Shown here one piece after another: positions 63,770 through 64,000 of a DNA stretch of 64,000 nucleotides. The notes beneath the pieces were generated by a model. The model was not told the DNA's origin, ran no database searches, and saw only the letters and a list, made by a program, of their open reading frames with translations. The DNA is from Mobula hypostoma (taxonomy: Eukaryota): contig NC_086097.1 in NCBI RefSeq assembly GCF_963921235.1, positions 17,608,001-17,672,000 on the forward strand, in the 5' to 3' direction. The first letter of the stretch is position 1. Every line of letters begins with the position of its first letter. Made by a program: the position numbers and the translations under genes.

Positions 63770-64000
63770 TTAAAACATAGTATGGAACATGAACAGGACC
63801 TTTGTGCAGTCCATAATGTCAATTGAAAATAATCCCATCTGTCTACACATTGTCCGTATCACTCCATTCCCTGCCTGACATATGCTTGTCTGAATGCTTT
63901 TAACTGTAATTGTACTTACTTCCACCACTTCCCCTGGCAGTGTATTCAAGGCACCTATGACTCTATGTTTGCAGGGAAAAAAAATCCTTGCACGTCTCCT
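63770..64000 (-). mobile_element. CR1 3' tail fragment
   Basis: tccaccacttcccctggcagtgtattc and a gaacaggacc tail motif. Confidence 0.6.

Overview
Vertebrate genomic DNA, most likely from a cartilaginous fish (ray or shark). That assignment is inferred only from the HER1/CR1, HE1-like SINE, Rex1/Babar and Penelope repeat families. The window lies inside one + strand gene, LTBP2. Three coding exons (136-306, 27693-27884, 46826-47088) have canonical AG/GT sites and splice in frame, encoding the 4-Cys domain, an EGF-like domain and the start of the hybrid domain. The rest is intron densely filled with nested, mostly decayed transposons: CR1, Rex1/Babar, L1/Tx1, Nimb/I with RNase H, Penelope-like elements (PLEs), tRNA-derived SINEs, hAT MITEs, Tc1 and a non-autonomous Helitron. 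Almost all ORF-track entries are transposon fragments or noise. The most interesting signal is a ~1.2 kb palindromic, RT-less Penelope derivative (55334-56526, bounded by a TSD). It consists of a GIY-YIG endonuclease domain between two inverted pseudo-LTR arms, each carrying a minimal hammerhead ribozyme. A second copy (50836-51635) has the same inversion junction, suggesting the palindrome is itself a propagating unit. Repeat boundaries without a stated TSD are approximate (tens of bp), and family assignments come from motif recognition, not database searches.
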